From: Escherichia phage vB_EcoM-UFV13
Sequence record: NC_031103.1
DNA length: 64,000 bases
Strand: one strand, 5' to 3'
The notes beneath the pieces were generated by a model. That model was not told the DNA's origin and ran no database searches. It saw only the letters and a program-made list of their open reading frames with translations. Below, one piece after another: positions 1 through 9,527 of this stretch. A program made the position numbers and the translations under genes. The stretch's first letter is position 1, and every line of letters begins with the position of its first letter.

Positions 1-654
<654 letters not shown>

Positions 655-673
<19 letters not shown>

Positions 674-1143
674 TCAGTGATAAAGTTATTTAAATTTTGA
701 GTATATTTCTTTTCATCAAAAATCTTTTGCTGCCTACGTAAACGCCATGGCATTTCAATGAACACGCACCATATTCCTGATAGTACTGCTGCTGTAAAAA
801 TATTAACAAGTATGATTAAAAGAATCCAATCTCCCGTTCTGCCTACTGGACTTTCTCCAAAGAAGCAAAATACAAATGATGTCACAGGAAAACTAATGAT
901 ATACCACAGAATAACCTTCTTATCTGTGAACCAATCAGCGTTCGTTAATTTAGCGCGACCATTATGAATACACACGAATTTATCATCTGTTGCAGTAGAT
1001 GGCTTAACTGGTTGATATCCCATTCTAAACTCCCTAATCAGCAAATTTTTCATATCTTCGGAACAGCCGCTCCAGTCAACTCTATCGACTGAAATGCCAT
1101 CGTCCCCATCATCTAAATCATACCAGCGAGTTTTTAAAATCAT
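655..1143 (-). CDS. Hypothetical membrane protein (e.2-like)
   Basis: 162 aa ORF with hydrophobic C-terminal segments; start overlaps the next ORF. Confidence 0.6.
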
Positions 1144-1502
1144 TTGATTTTCCTACAATCACTCACAAACTCTTTCATTGATTCATTTTCAATATAAGAC
1201 ATGTAGTTATTATATTCTTTTAANTGTATTTTGTAATCCTTTTTTCTTTGCCAATTTATTTTAAAATTATCATAATGAAAATATAGTATAGTGCTAAAGA
1301 ATGAAAATAATGAAATCGCTATAGTAAAACGAAGTTCACTCCAAACCTCTGTTATAATTGCTGAACTATCGATGTTTAAAATAAAACAGTCAATCATTAG
1401 TCCAATAAGACTACCCGCAAGAGCTGCAAATACTGATACGGCAAGAATTAATAGCGCCTCAGGAAACGAATATTTGACTTTATTTANTTTTGGCTTTTGC
1501 AT
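1140..1502 (-). CDS. Hypothetical small membrane protein (e.3-like); contains ambiguous bases
   Basis: 120 aa ORF with two hydrophobic helices; n at 1224 and 1487 gives X residues. Confidence 0.55.
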   Translation of the reverse strand: MQKPKXNKVKYSFPEALLILAVSVFAALAGSLIGLMIDCFILNIDSSAIITEVWSELRFTIAISLFSFFSTILYFHYDNFKINWQRKKDYKIXLKEYNNYMSYIENESMKEFVSDCRKIK

Positions 1503-1897
1503 CGTGATTCCTTAACAAATTTCATAATTTCNTTAAATTCATACATATNTAGTTTAAGCTGGTGTTCCTTTTTAATCTTTTTNCACTGNGCTTTCCAATC
1601 ACGTACGCGTTTACGATAATGTCTTCCTTGATACCAGTATCCTACCCAATTTACGGGTACTAATAAAAGTGGAACTATTAATGGAAGAATTAGCATTAAC
1701 ACAAGTATTTCGCCAGAATCAATATCAGTCATAACATCTAAAACACCTCCAATAATCAATAGAATTACAAATGATATGAGTATAACAGGACCTATTAATA
1801 CATCAGTAGAAATTAGCTGGCGCTTTAATTCATACTTTAAGGGTTTACTTGGAAGATACATTGATGGCTTTGACATATTCTCTACATTCCTTAACAA
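1484..1897 (-). CDS. Hypothetical small membrane protein (e.4-like); contains ambiguous bases
   Basis: 137 aa ORF with long hydrophobic stretch; n at 1532, 1549, 1583, 1589. Confidence 0.55.
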   Translation of the reverse strand: MLRNVENMSKPSMYLPSKPLKYELKRQLISTDVLIGPVILISFVILLIIGGVLDVMTDIDSGEILVLMLILPLIVPLLLVPVNWVGYWYQGRHYRKRVRDWKXQXKKIKKEHQLKLXMYEFXEIMKFVKESRCKSQX

Positions 1898-2453
1898 ATT
1901 TTTCTAATAATAAATCGCTTTCAAAATTAGGATTTTCCACGAATTTATCAAAAAGATCATCAACGATAGTTAAGATATTCTTTTTACTAAGAATACGCTT
2001 ATTTTCATATTTTGTTTCAGAGTCAACTATAAGAGTAAAGAAATATTTCTTTCCCTGAAATTTTACCGTAGTATCAATATAGAACAAATTTGACTTTTGT
2101 AAATTACGTTTAAACCATGCATCACTTAAACTATAAACGCCAAGATAATCATAATCGTCATTTAAATAACAAACTGTCCATTCAGGAGAAATGAAATCAG
2201 TAAATTCAACATCAAAATCACACGTCAATGAATGAATTGATTCAATACTTTTAATGAGTATTCCAGGACGTATTAAAGACTTTTTACCTCTAGAAAATCT
2301 TCCAGAAAGACTTTCATCAGTTTCATATGAAGACCCCCAATAATAATTACGTCCTTCTGCCATACGTTTAAGAGCATTTAGTAATTGGTCTGGAACATCA
2401 ACCTGTCTTTGGAACTCTTCAAACATTGAATTGAAATCACTTTGCATTTTCAT
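1845..2453 (-). CDS. Hypothetical protein (e.5-like)
   Basis: 202 aa ORF in the co-oriented e.x array. Confidence 0.6.
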   Translation of the reverse strand: MKMQSDFNSMFEEFQRQVDVPDQLLNALKRMAEGRNYYWGSSYETDESLSGRFSRGKKSLIRPGILIKSIESIHSLTCDFDVEFTDFISPEWTVCYLNDDYDYLGVYSLSDAWFKRNLQKSNLFYIDTTVKFQGKKYFFTLIVDSETKYENKRILSKKNILTIVDDLFDKFVENPNFESDLLLEKFVKECREYVKAINVSSK

Positions 2454-2474
2454 TCCTATTTACTCCAAGTAATA

Positions 2475-2488
2475 GGGGCCGAAGCCCC
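2475..2488 (-). terminator. Stable GC hairpin with UUCG tetraloop on the transcribed strand, between e.6 and e.5
   Basis: plus ggggccgaagcccc; minus strand reads GGGGC-UUCG-GCCCC. Confidence 0.5.
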
Positions 2489-2494
2489 TTATCA

Positions 2495-3088
2495 TTATTT
2501 CAGAGAATTAATATATTCCTGGACATCGGCAGAGGTGGTTTCAACCCCAGAAATATTGCCGTTAAAAGTTTCAACTCGAGCAAGGGTATCTTCAATATCA
2601 ACCTTAGTCAGTGCTGCAATTTCAACTACATCATCGGCAGTACTAATTCCAAGGGCATTTGCTGCACGAGTTTCACGGATATATTCCAATTTAACTGCAA
2701 GTTCTTGACGAGCATCATCTAACTCAACTACTTTCTTGGCGATTTCAATTCGCATTTCAGCATAACCGTCAGCTTTAGTAGTCAACTGCTCAGCTGTTCG
2801 ACGATATAGTAAACCAAGTTTAGCATGCATTGTTACATCTTGACCTTCAGAAAGAAGTTTACGAATTTCACGCTCTTTTGATTCGGCCTGTCGATTCTTT
2901 TCGATAACAAGTTCACGAATACGTTTTTCTTCATTAATAGATTTAACGGAAGCAGTTTTTAGATCTTTAATCTTATCAAGTAGTTTTGCTGCCGCAGCAG
3001 TATACTGTTCTTCAACAGATAGATTTTTAGCCATAGCAGAACCAAGTTTAGTGCGAATAAACTCAACAATTTTCTTCAGTGTATTCAT
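2495..3088 (-). CDS. Hypothetical coiled-coil protein (e.6-like)
   Basis: 197 aa ORF rich in K/E/L heptad-like sequence. Confidence 0.6.
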   Translation of the reverse strand: MNTLKKIVEFIRTKLGSAMAKNLSVEEQYTAAAAKLLDKIKDLKTASVKSINEEKRIRELVIEKNRQAESKEREIRKLLSEGQDVTMHAKLGLLYRRTAEQLTTKADGYAEMRIEIAKKVVELDDARQELAVKLEYIRETRAANALGISTADDVVEIAALTKVDIEDTLARVETFNGNISGVETTSADVQEYINSLK

Positions 3089-3115
3089 AGTATTTCCTTA
3101 GGTTGGTATAATTAG

Positions 3116-3145
3116 ATAATATCACGTTTCTAATAGATTGTAAAC
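3116..3145 (-). promoter_or_regulatory. Candidate early promoter upstream of the e.6-like gene
   Basis: minus strand reads GTTTACA, 17 nt spacer, TATTAT; about 25 nt upstream of the ATG. Confidence 0.4.
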
Positions 3146-3481
3146 TTATTCTTCGTCTAGCTCGTCGATAAAGGCGTCGATGGCCTCGACAACGGCATCA
3201 TTGATAGCCAATAAAATAAAATCATCGTCAGTACCTTTAGAAGATTCTAAAGCATTGATATATGCTTGGTTGGCGAGTTCCCAAGCCTTTTTAAAATAAG
3301 GAGCTTCATCATCGGGGCCAACGAAACGTACGCCTTCAAAGATACGGTTAGCATAATCCAATACCCACTGTACAGGCATGTTTTGAGAACGTTCGTTAAA
3401 CTCTTTAAATTCCTTAGATTCAAAAAGCTCTTCAGGATAATCATTTCTATTACAAAAAGCTTTACTAAAGTTACGTTTCAT
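3146..3481 (-). CDS. Hypothetical acidic protein (e.7-like)
   Basis: 111 aa ORF. Confidence 0.6.
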   Translation of the reverse strand: MKRNFSKAFCNRNDYPEELFESKEFKEFNERSQNMPVQWVLDYANRIFEGVRFVGPDDEAPYFKKAWELANQAYINALESSKGTDDDFILLAINDAVVEAIDAFIDELDEE

Positions 3482-3525
3482 AATGTTTTCCTTGTGATGA
3501 TAAATCTATAGTAACGCCTTCATAC

Positions 3526-3690
3526 TTAGATGTAAACTATTTCAACATCGCCTTTTGCTGCTTTATAACCTTCAGCCCAAGATATAACCGAGTTTTTATC
3601 CGAAGATTCAAATTCTGGCATTGGGCTTTCGCCAATGTTCACGCAGTATGTTTCTTCATTTTCGTCAAACCAAATAATTAAAGTAGTCAT
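3526..3690 (-). CDS. Small hypothetical protein, about 54 aa, not in the ORF track (below size cutoff)
   Basis: ATG preceded by GGAGAAATAA Shine-Dalgarno (plus 3691-3700 ttatttctcc); reads MTTLIIWFDENEETYCVNIGESPMPEF... Confidence 0.35.
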   Translation of the reverse strand: MTTLIIWFDENEETYCVNIGESPMPEFESSDKNSVISWAEGYKAAKGDVEIVYI

Positions 3691-3759
3691 TTATTTCTCC
3701 GTTTTCTGTATTTGTTTTGATAAGTCTATAATAACACCGTCCTTGGCGTTTGTACACAA

Positions 3760-4023
3760 TTATTTCATATTATTGAAATATTCTTCTGCGATTTCATCGT
3801 TATCATGGTAAACTTTAGAAGACAGTTTAACATAACCTTCTGCTGTGAACATATTAATCACAACCTTTACAGTATACCACTGACCATCTTCATTACCCAT
3901 TACTGCGTAAGTTTCAAACATCGGATGATCAGGACCGATAACTTTAATATCATTCACCGTACGACCAAAATCTTCTGAAACACATTTCATAAAGAAGTTG
4001 AACAGTTCGCCGTAATTATCCAT
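3760..4023 (-). CDS. Hypothetical protein (e.8-like); start placed at internal ATG with SD
   Basis: Track ORF 3760..4152 begins at a TTG; internal ATG at 4021-4023 is preceded by GGAGAACGAA and gives MDNYGELFNFF... Confidence 0.5.
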   Translation of the reverse strand: MDNYGELFNFFMKCVSEDFGRTVNDIKVIGPDHPMFETYAVMGNEDGQWYTVKVVINMFTAEGYVKLSSKVYHDNDEIAEEYFNNMK

Positions 4024-4228
4024 TTCGTTCTCCAAGTTGTTTTCTGTATCAGTAGTTGATAGTTGTATAGTACCATGGAAGAACAGGGATGTAAACAGTT
4101 TTGTGAAAAATTTTTTAAAAAGTTTTGGGAATTCTAGGGCAGGGAGGGGCAATTAAAGGATAGGATAATATATTATAAAGGATAGAAACTAAATGATGCC
4201 TAGAGAGGCCCGGAAAGGCCTAGATGCC

Positions 4229-4253
4229 AAAAAGCCCTATCACTTAGATAGGG
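4229..4253 (-). terminator. Rho-independent terminator downstream of ORF 4262..4828
   Basis: minus strand: CCCTATC-TAAGT-GATAGGG hairpin followed by CTTTTT. Confidence 0.6.
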
Positions 4254-4261
4254 ATTTAAAA

Positions 4262-4828
4262 TTATTTACCTAGTTTAGTTATTATAGCTTCTGCGGCAGC
4301 TTTTAGCTTAGATGCGGTGTTAATACGATTTTTAATTTCAGTATACGCATCGCCAAGAACATCAAGGCTATCGGAATAAACACTTACACTATTGCGTTCG
4401 CTATTTGAAATAGAACCTTTAGTTTTACGATCAAAATCGGTGTACACGTCTTGAAGATCGCGGGCTGCCTTCTTTGCGTCATCCAATGCATCAAGAGCTT
4501 TATTCAAAGCATTAACGTATTTTTTAGTGTCGAACATATTCTTAGAAATTTTAACAGGTGCACGTTCAGGAGTAGCTAAGGCAGATTTAGGAAGAACCTG
4601 TTTGCCAGATGCCAGTTTCTTAGAAATTTTGAAAAACGCTTTATTGAAATTATTTTCTTGACTCATCGTAAAAGAACTATTATCAATGTTATACATTTCA
4701 ATAGCTTTAGCTTTCCACTTAAGAAAATCGCCACGGTCTTTTGGGTCCAAGTGGAAGAATACTTTAGTAAGATCTGCTTCAGATGGTAATTTTGCTGCTT
4801 CGGTTAAAAATTCGGCGTAGGTTTTCAT
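4262..4828 (-). CDS. Internal-protein-like capsid-packaged protein candidate with N-terminal capsid-targeting sequence
   Basis: 188 aa; N-terminus MKTYAEFLTEA resembles the T4 internal-protein CTS and contains a prohead-protease-type L-x-E site (LTE/A). Confidence 0.7.
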   Translation of the reverse strand: MKTYAEFLTEAAKLPSEADLTKVFFHLDPKDRGDFLKWKAKAIEMYNIDNSSFTMSQENNFNKAFFKISKKLASGKQVLPKSALATPERAPVKISKNMFDTKKYVNALNKALDALDDAKKAARDLQDVYTDFDRKTKGSISNSERNSVSVYSDSLDVLGDAYTEIKNRINTASKLKAAAEAIITKLGK

Positions 4829-4911
4829 TTAAAATCCTTGAAATAATTTATTGGTTATTAATTATTTATCACGTTGTTATATGTAACAGCATTCTCCGAG
4901 CGATTCAAACT

Positions 4912-4939
4912 AAAAAGCCCCAACCTTTCTGTCGGGGCT
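4912..4939 (-). terminator. Rho-independent terminator downstream of ORF 4947..5420
   Basis: minus strand AGCCCCGACAGAAAGGTTGGGGCT followed by TTTT; near-identical copy at 5466..5493. Confidence 0.65.
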
Positions 4940-4946
4940 AAAAATA

Positions 4947-5420
4947 TTATTTAATTTGCTTAGCAGACCAAATGCGGTCTTTAATAATTTTTTGGATGTC
5001 TTCAACATATTCAAGAGAGTGAACATGTGGGTTATCTTTGAAACTATAAGCACGAGCTAGCTTTTGGCCTTCAGTTTTGATTACTAAAAGCTCTTTAAGG
5101 ATAGCTTCATATTTGGAGATAATTCCTTTAACGATATTTTTCTCTTGTGTGACTTTAGGATCTGCTTTAGGAGCAGGTTTACCTGAAGCCTTTGCAAAAG
5201 CAGCNCCAGTAGCAACTAAACTTTTCCANGCCATACTAACAGCATTCCCCGTAAATCCTTCTGCTTTCATGTCGCGAGCAAATTGGAATCGTGATTCATC
5301 AGAAGCATCTTTATAGGAATATTTACCCGCGGCAATGGCNGCTTTTGCNACAGCTTGAATTTCAGTGCTAGATGCTTCATTTAACACCGCTTCATTTAAA
5401 AATTGAGCATATGATTTCAT
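4947..5420 (-). CDS. Internal-protein-like capsid-packaged protein candidate with CTS; paralogous N-terminus to ORF 4262..4828; contains ambiguous bases
   Basis: 157 aa; N-terminus MKSYAQFLNEA with LNE/A site; n at 5205, 5229, 5340, 5349. Confidence 0.65.
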   Translation of the reverse strand: MKSYAQFLNEAVLNEASSTEIQAXAKXAIAAGKYSYKDASDESRFQFARDMKAEGFTGNAVSMXWKSLVATXAAFAKASGKPAPKADPKVTQEKNIVKGIISKYEAILKELLVIKTEGQKLARAYSFKDNPHVHSLEYVEDIQKIIKDRIWSAKQIK

Positions 5421-5456
5421 CTTATTTCCTGTTTTAATTCGTGGTTTTAATATACT

Positions 5457-5464
5457 TATTTATA
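5457..5464 (-). promoter_or_regulatory. Late promoter box (TATAAATA on minus strand) upstream of ORF 4947..5420
   Basis: plus tatttata at 5457-5464; about 37 nt upstream of the ATG. Confidence 0.55.
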
Positions 5465-5465
5465 C

Positions 5466-5493
5466 TAAAAAGCCCCAACCTTTCGGCTGGGGC
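5466..5493 (-). terminator. Rho-independent terminator at the 3' end of the tRNA transcription unit
   Basis: minus strand AGCCCCAGCCGAAAGGTTGGGGCT followed by TTTTT. Confidence 0.65.
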
Positions 5494-5546
5494 TAAGCCT
5501 TGCGGCAACCTTGTCGGGGTTCCACCTGCTAAGGCAAGTGTTTGTA

Positions 5547-5637
5547 CGAAACGCCGGGATTCGAACCCGGTTATTAAGCAGTTGACGCTACTNAATATTT
5601 TTAAAAGGCCATATCTCGACCATATCCGAACGTTCCG
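5547..5637 (-). ncRNA. tRNA-like structured RNA (possible stable small RNA or pseudo-tRNA)
   Basis: 7-bp acceptor-like stem (CGGAACG/CGTTTCG) and canonical T-arm CCGGG-TTCGAAT-CCCGG but about 91 nt with no clear anticodon arm; contains n at 5593. Confidence 0.3.
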
Positions 5638-5810
5638 TCAAAAACGCTACTCGGCTTACGGCAAAGATATTTCCTCGAATCGATAATTCGGTGCGCCGTT
5701 TCTGCTGTGATGTAAGGGGGCATTAACCGATCGTAAAGATTTGTTAATGCCAGTCCTTACCCAGGGAACATCAGTCCGACGACTTACCGGTAGCGACCCG
5801 GCTTCTTGTT

Positions 5811-5886
5811 TGGTCGAGGCAGTAGGGATCGAACCTACGACCTAGGACTTAGAAGGTCCTTGCTCTTCCTTCTGAGCTATGCCTCG
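5811..5886 (-). tRNA. tRNA-Arg (anticodon UCU)
   Basis: Manual cloverleaf: acceptor CGAGGCA/TGCCTCG, anticodon loop CTTCTAA, T-arm GTAGG-TTCGATC-CCTAC, encoded CCA. Confidence 0.8.
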
Positions 5887-5890
5887 TATT

Positions 5891-5965
5891 TGGCGGACGT
5901 GATAGGATTCGAACCTATAACCAATCGCTTAACAGGCGATCGCTCTGCCATTGAGCTACACATCC
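5891..5965 (-). tRNA. tRNA-Asn (anticodon GUU)
   Basis: Manual cloverleaf: acceptor GGATGTG/CACGTCC, D-stem GCTC/GAGC, anticodon stem ATCGC/GCGAT with loop CTGTTAA, T-arm ATAGG-TTCGAAT-CCTAT, encoded CCA. Confidence 0.7.
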
Positions 5966-5969
5966 AAAT

Positions 5970-6056
5970 TGGTGGGGAGTGATGGAGTCGAACCACCCGA
6001 GTCGCAATGACAATGGATTTACAGTCCACACCGCTACCTCTACGGGATAACTCCCC
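5970..6056 (-). tRNA. tRNA-Tyr (anticodon GUA), class II with long variable arm
   Basis: 87 nt; acceptor GGGGAGT/ACTCCCC, anticodon loop CTGTAAA, variable-arm hairpin, encoded CCA; D-stem imperfect. Confidence 0.6.
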
Positions 6057-6068
6057 TAATTCATAATT

Positions 6069-6143
6069 TGGTGGCCCTGGGTGGAATTGAACCACCATCT
6101 GGCGATTATGAGTCGCTTGCTTGAACCTTCCAGCTACAGGGCC
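6069..6143 (-). tRNA. tRNA with CAU anticodon (Ile lysidine-type, as the T4 tRNA-Ile, or elongator Met)
   Basis: acceptor GGCCCTG/CAGGGCC, anticodon loop CTCATAA, T-arm GGTGG-TTCAATT-CCACC, encoded CCA. Confidence 0.75.
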
Positions 6144-6144
6144 T

Positions 6145-6220
6145 TGGTGCTGATTGACGGAATCGAACCGCCGACCTTCTCATTACAAGTGAGTTGCTCT
6201 ACCTACTGAGCTAAATCAGC
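6145..6220 (-). tRNA. tRNA-Thr (anticodon UGU)
   Basis: acceptor GCTGATT/AATCAGC, D-stem GCTC/GAGC, anticodon loop CTTGTAA, encoded CCA. Confidence 0.8.
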
Positions 6221-6225
6221 AAAAC

Positions 6226-6315
6226 TGGCGGAGGCGATAGGATTTGAACCTATGAGTCGCCGGAGCGACTGCCGGTTTTCAAGACCGGTGCATTAAACCA
6301 CTCTGCCACGCCTCC
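6226..6315 (-). tRNA. tRNA-Ser (anticodon UGA), class II
   Basis: 90 nt; acceptor GGAGGCG/CGCCTCC, anticodon stem CCGGT/ACCGG with loop CTTGAAA, long variable arm, encoded CCA. Confidence 0.8.
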
Positions 6316-6317
6316 AG

Positions 6318-6391
6318 TCTCCATACAAGGATTTGAACCTTGGACCTCCTGATCCCAAATCAGGCGCTCTACCAAACTGAGCTACACGGAG
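6318..6391 (-). tRNA. tRNA-Pro (anticodon UGG)
   Basis: acceptor CTCCGTG/TATGGAG (two G-U pairs), anticodon loop TTTGGGA, T-arm CAAGG-TTCAAAT-CCTTG; CCA not encoded. Confidence 0.75.
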
Positions 6392-6401
6392 TAAATTAAA
6401 T

Positions 6402-6475
<74 letters not shown>

Positions 6476-6480
6476 AAATT

Positions 6481-6567
6481 TGGTGCGAGAAGTGGGACTC
6501 GAACCCACAAGGAAATCATTCCGCAGCATTTTAAGTGCTGTGCCTTTACCAATTTGACCATTCTCGC
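6481..6567 (-). tRNA. tRNA-Leu (anticodon UAA), class II
   Basis: 87 nt; acceptor GCGAGAA/TTCTCGC, anticodon stem CAGCA/TGCTG with loop CTTAAAA, long variable arm, encoded CCA. Confidence 0.8.
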
Positions 6568-6568
6568 G

Positions 6569-6641
6569 CTGGGAATAAAGGACTCGAACCTTTGCATCCT
6601 GGAATCAAAATCCAGTGCCTTACCAACTTGGCTAATTCCCA
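6569..6641 (-). tRNA. tRNA-Gln (anticodon UUG)
   Basis: acceptor TGGGAAT/ATTCCCA, anticodon stem CTGGA/TCCAG with loop TTTTGAT; CCA not encoded. Confidence 0.75.
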
Positions 6642-6738
6642 ATTATTAACAAAGGCTCTCAAACAAGAACCCTTGATGATAGAGGGTATTAATCAGTGCG
6701 GTATGAGTTAATAATAACAAATAATTCTTAAAGCATAT

Positions 6739-7026
6739 TTACCATTTATGATAATACATATTTACGATGCATTCAAGACCCAAAGGATTCTTGAAAATAT
6801 CATATTCAAGAGGACCTTTTTCCGTTTCAATAAAGAAATCAAAATTTACTGTATTAAATTTACGGTCTTCCTTCACTAATTTAACTTGAGAAGATGAACG
6901 ATCAATGTAAACCTTTTCAACTTCAAAACATGTTAAAATGCCATAATCATCAATCAAGGCTTTAGCTGCTTCTTGATCATATTTATATCCATTTTCAATG
7001 GATGATACTTTCGCATAAAGAATCAT
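6739..7026 (-). CDS. Hypothetical protein
   Basis: 95 aa ORF between the tRNA array and ipI. Confidence 0.55.
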   Translation of the reverse strand: MILYAKVSSIENGYKYDQEAAKALIDDYGILTCFEVEKVYIDRSSSQVKLVKEDRKFNTVNFDFFIETEKGPLEYDIFKNPLGLECIVNMYYHKW

Positions 7027-7028
7027 TA

Positions 7029-7433
7029 TTAACCTTTATCAACAATAGTATGTGTATGGGCATTTACGATTTGCCACCAGTCAAAACTATCGCCAAATCG
7101 TTTTGATTTATTGTCTTCAATAATTTGGCGTAATTCATCTTCTGTTTCAGCATACGCAATCAAATCATCATATCCACCGCAAGGATAGTAATTATCGCCT
7201 GCGAACAAAAGAAAATTTACTTTAGATGGGTCTACATAATAATGCTCTTTAGGATATTTAGTTCCTTTCCAATCAGTTACTTCAACATAACGATAAGAAA
7301 ATCCATTTTTACTTTCAACCCAACTCCACGCTTCAAAAGGAGTATTAAAAACTCTATCAGGTATTAAATTACCTTCAAAATGAGAAGGATTTGCATAATC
7401 CCCAGCATAAACATAATATTCGTTAATATTCAT
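7029..7433 (-). CDS. Hypothetical protein (Tyr/Trp-rich)
   Basis: 134 aa ORF; stop/start-coupled to the upstream 61-aa ORF. Confidence 0.55.
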   Translation of the reverse strand: MNINEYYVYAGDYANPSHFEGNLIPDRVFNTPFEAWSWVESKNGFSYRYVEVTDWKGTKYPKEHYYVDPSKVNFLLFAGDNYYPCGGYDDLIAYAETEDELRQIIEDNKSKRFGDSFDWWQIVNAHTHTIVDKG

Positions 7434-7619
7434 TTATTCACCTTTAGAAATTTTATCCATAACAATAGCGATTAAACCAATTAAAAATGCTACTACAAGT
7501 GAAAAAACATTTTCTGCTGTAGTCAATAATCCGCATATAAATCCAACAAACATTGAAAAACTAAAAGCGGAAGCAGAAATTGCAATAGCAACATTTCGAA
7601 TTAATTCACAACGTTTCAT
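7434..7619 (-). CDS. Small two-helix membrane protein
   Basis: 61 aa; two hydrophobic stretches; SD GAGGAG upstream of the ATG. Confidence 0.5.
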   Translation of the reverse strand: MKRCELIRNVAIAISASAFSFSMFVGFICGLLTTAENVFSLVVAFLIGLIAIVMDKISKGE

Positions 7620-7647
7620 TTTATTCTCCTCGGTAGTTGATAGGGTA

Positions 7648-7677
7648 ATAGTATCACAACTAAAACCCTATGTAAAC
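7648..7677 (-). promoter_or_regulatory. Early promoter candidate upstream of the 61-aa membrane ORF
   Basis: minus strand GTTTACA, 16 nt spacer, ATACTAT; the caaagttgtttaca module is repeated at 8037..8056. Confidence 0.45.
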
Positions 7678-7695
7678 AACTTTGTGAAATATTTA

Positions 7696-7983
7696 TTACA
7701 AAAGATTTTTAGCAATAATCTTGAGATGTGCCGCAGAAATGTGTTTAGCTTTAAACAACGCAGTTTCTTCAGCAGGAGAGATAATGATTGTAGCACCATC
7801 CTTTTTAGCAGACCACCCATCACCTAGGTAAACAGTACCTTTGATTTCTTCGCCATCAACCAAACTAATCATTGGTTTACCTTCTCGTCCTTTATTTGCT
7901 TTAATAACTTCAGAAGTAAGAGTAGCTTCAGTAATAGTAGAAACCGGGGTAGTTGTAGAAGTAAATTCTTTGAAAGTTTTCAT
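7696..7983 (-). CDS. ipI: Internal protein I precursor
   Basis: 95 aa; N-terminus MKTFKEFTSTTTPVSTITE with ITE/A cleavage site that would leave a 76-residue mature protein; position between tRNAs and 57B as in T4. Confidence 0.8.
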   Translation of the reverse strand: MKTFKEFTSTTTPVSTITEATLTSEVIKANKGREGKPMISLVDGEEIKGTVYLGDGWSAKKDGATIIISPAEETALFKAKHISAAHLKIIAKNLL

Positions 7984-8013
7984 TTTATTTTCCTAATTAA
8001 TTTTGATGAGATA

Positions 8014-8045
8014 ATAGTATCACTACCTCATCAACGTGTAAACAA
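8014..8045 (-). promoter_or_regulatory. Early promoter candidate upstream of ipI
   Basis: minus strand GTTTACA, 18 nt spacer, ATACTAT; about 24 nt before the ipI ATG. Confidence 0.45.
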
Positions 8046-8055
8046 CTTTGTGAAA

Positions 8056-8764
<709 letters not shown>

Positions 8765-8765
<1 letters not shown>

Positions 8766-9478
8766 TATAGTACCTTTAGTGTATTTTTAATTTTAGAAAA
8801 AAGTTCTTCAAGAGAACCATCGTTTGTAATTACTAAATCGCCATCACGAATTGGCAATCCAGCTTCTGTAATATGAGTATCATTGGATTTTTGACCAGGA
8901 CGAACTACATGAATTACTGTAGCACCCATCGCCCTAGCCGCATCCATTTCATGATCTTGACGAGTATCAGGAACGATATAATAATCATAACCTGAGTTAA
9001 ATTTATCAAGATAATCTAAAGCAAATAATTTTACCCAATACATGCGGTCGAAGTTATTAACAATCAAATCCGTACCTAGGGCTTGCATCAGACGACGGAC
9101 TGACCATTGATCTTCAATATTATTTATAACGTCAGCAATCTTGTTAAATGCTACGAAATTAACTGCGTCATCAAAAACAAACACACCTTTAATTGGGCTT
9201 TTACTATTAAGATAGCAAAATGCTTGTTCCATAATCGTAATTACTTCTAATTTAGTCAGATTTAAATTAGTCTCACGATCATAGTCAATTCCTTCAAACT
9301 CTTTACGAGTTAAGCAAGGATAGTCAGTGTTTGCTGCAAATACACCCCATGCATAAGCCAATGCATCCTTAATAGGACCAGCAAGTTGATATTTAACTGC
9401 AGAATAATTATTCATAATAAAATCTGCAGTAGTATCTTTTCCACTACGCTTTACACCACTTAAAAAGATTAGTTTCAT
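8765..9478 (-). CDS. 1: Deoxynucleoside monophosphate kinase
   Basis: 237 aa; P-loop GVKRSGKDT; matches recalled T4 gp1. Confidence 0.85.
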
Positions 9479-9527
9479 ATGTTTCTCCTCAAATTTAGTT
9501 AAGATTATAACACATGAAACTGAAGCA

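Noticed and set aside
3760-4152. Full-length 130-aa version of the e.8-like ORF
   Set aside because: The track start is a TTG and the extension covers the terminator region of the neighbouring gene; an internal ATG with a Shine-Dalgarno at 4021-4023 is more plausible.
4829-4911. Late promoter for the first ip-like ORF 4262..4828
   Set aside because: Only GATAAATA is present; the gene may be read from an early promoter or by read-through, so no promoter feature was called.
5887-6068. Possibility that the Tyr and Asn tRNA-like genes are the stable RNA species known from the T4 tRNA region
   Set aside because: Both fold as standard 75- and 87-nt cloverleaves with canonical anticodon loops and encoded CCA, unlike the longer stable RNAs; kept as tRNAs, with the Tyr D-stem noted as imperfect.
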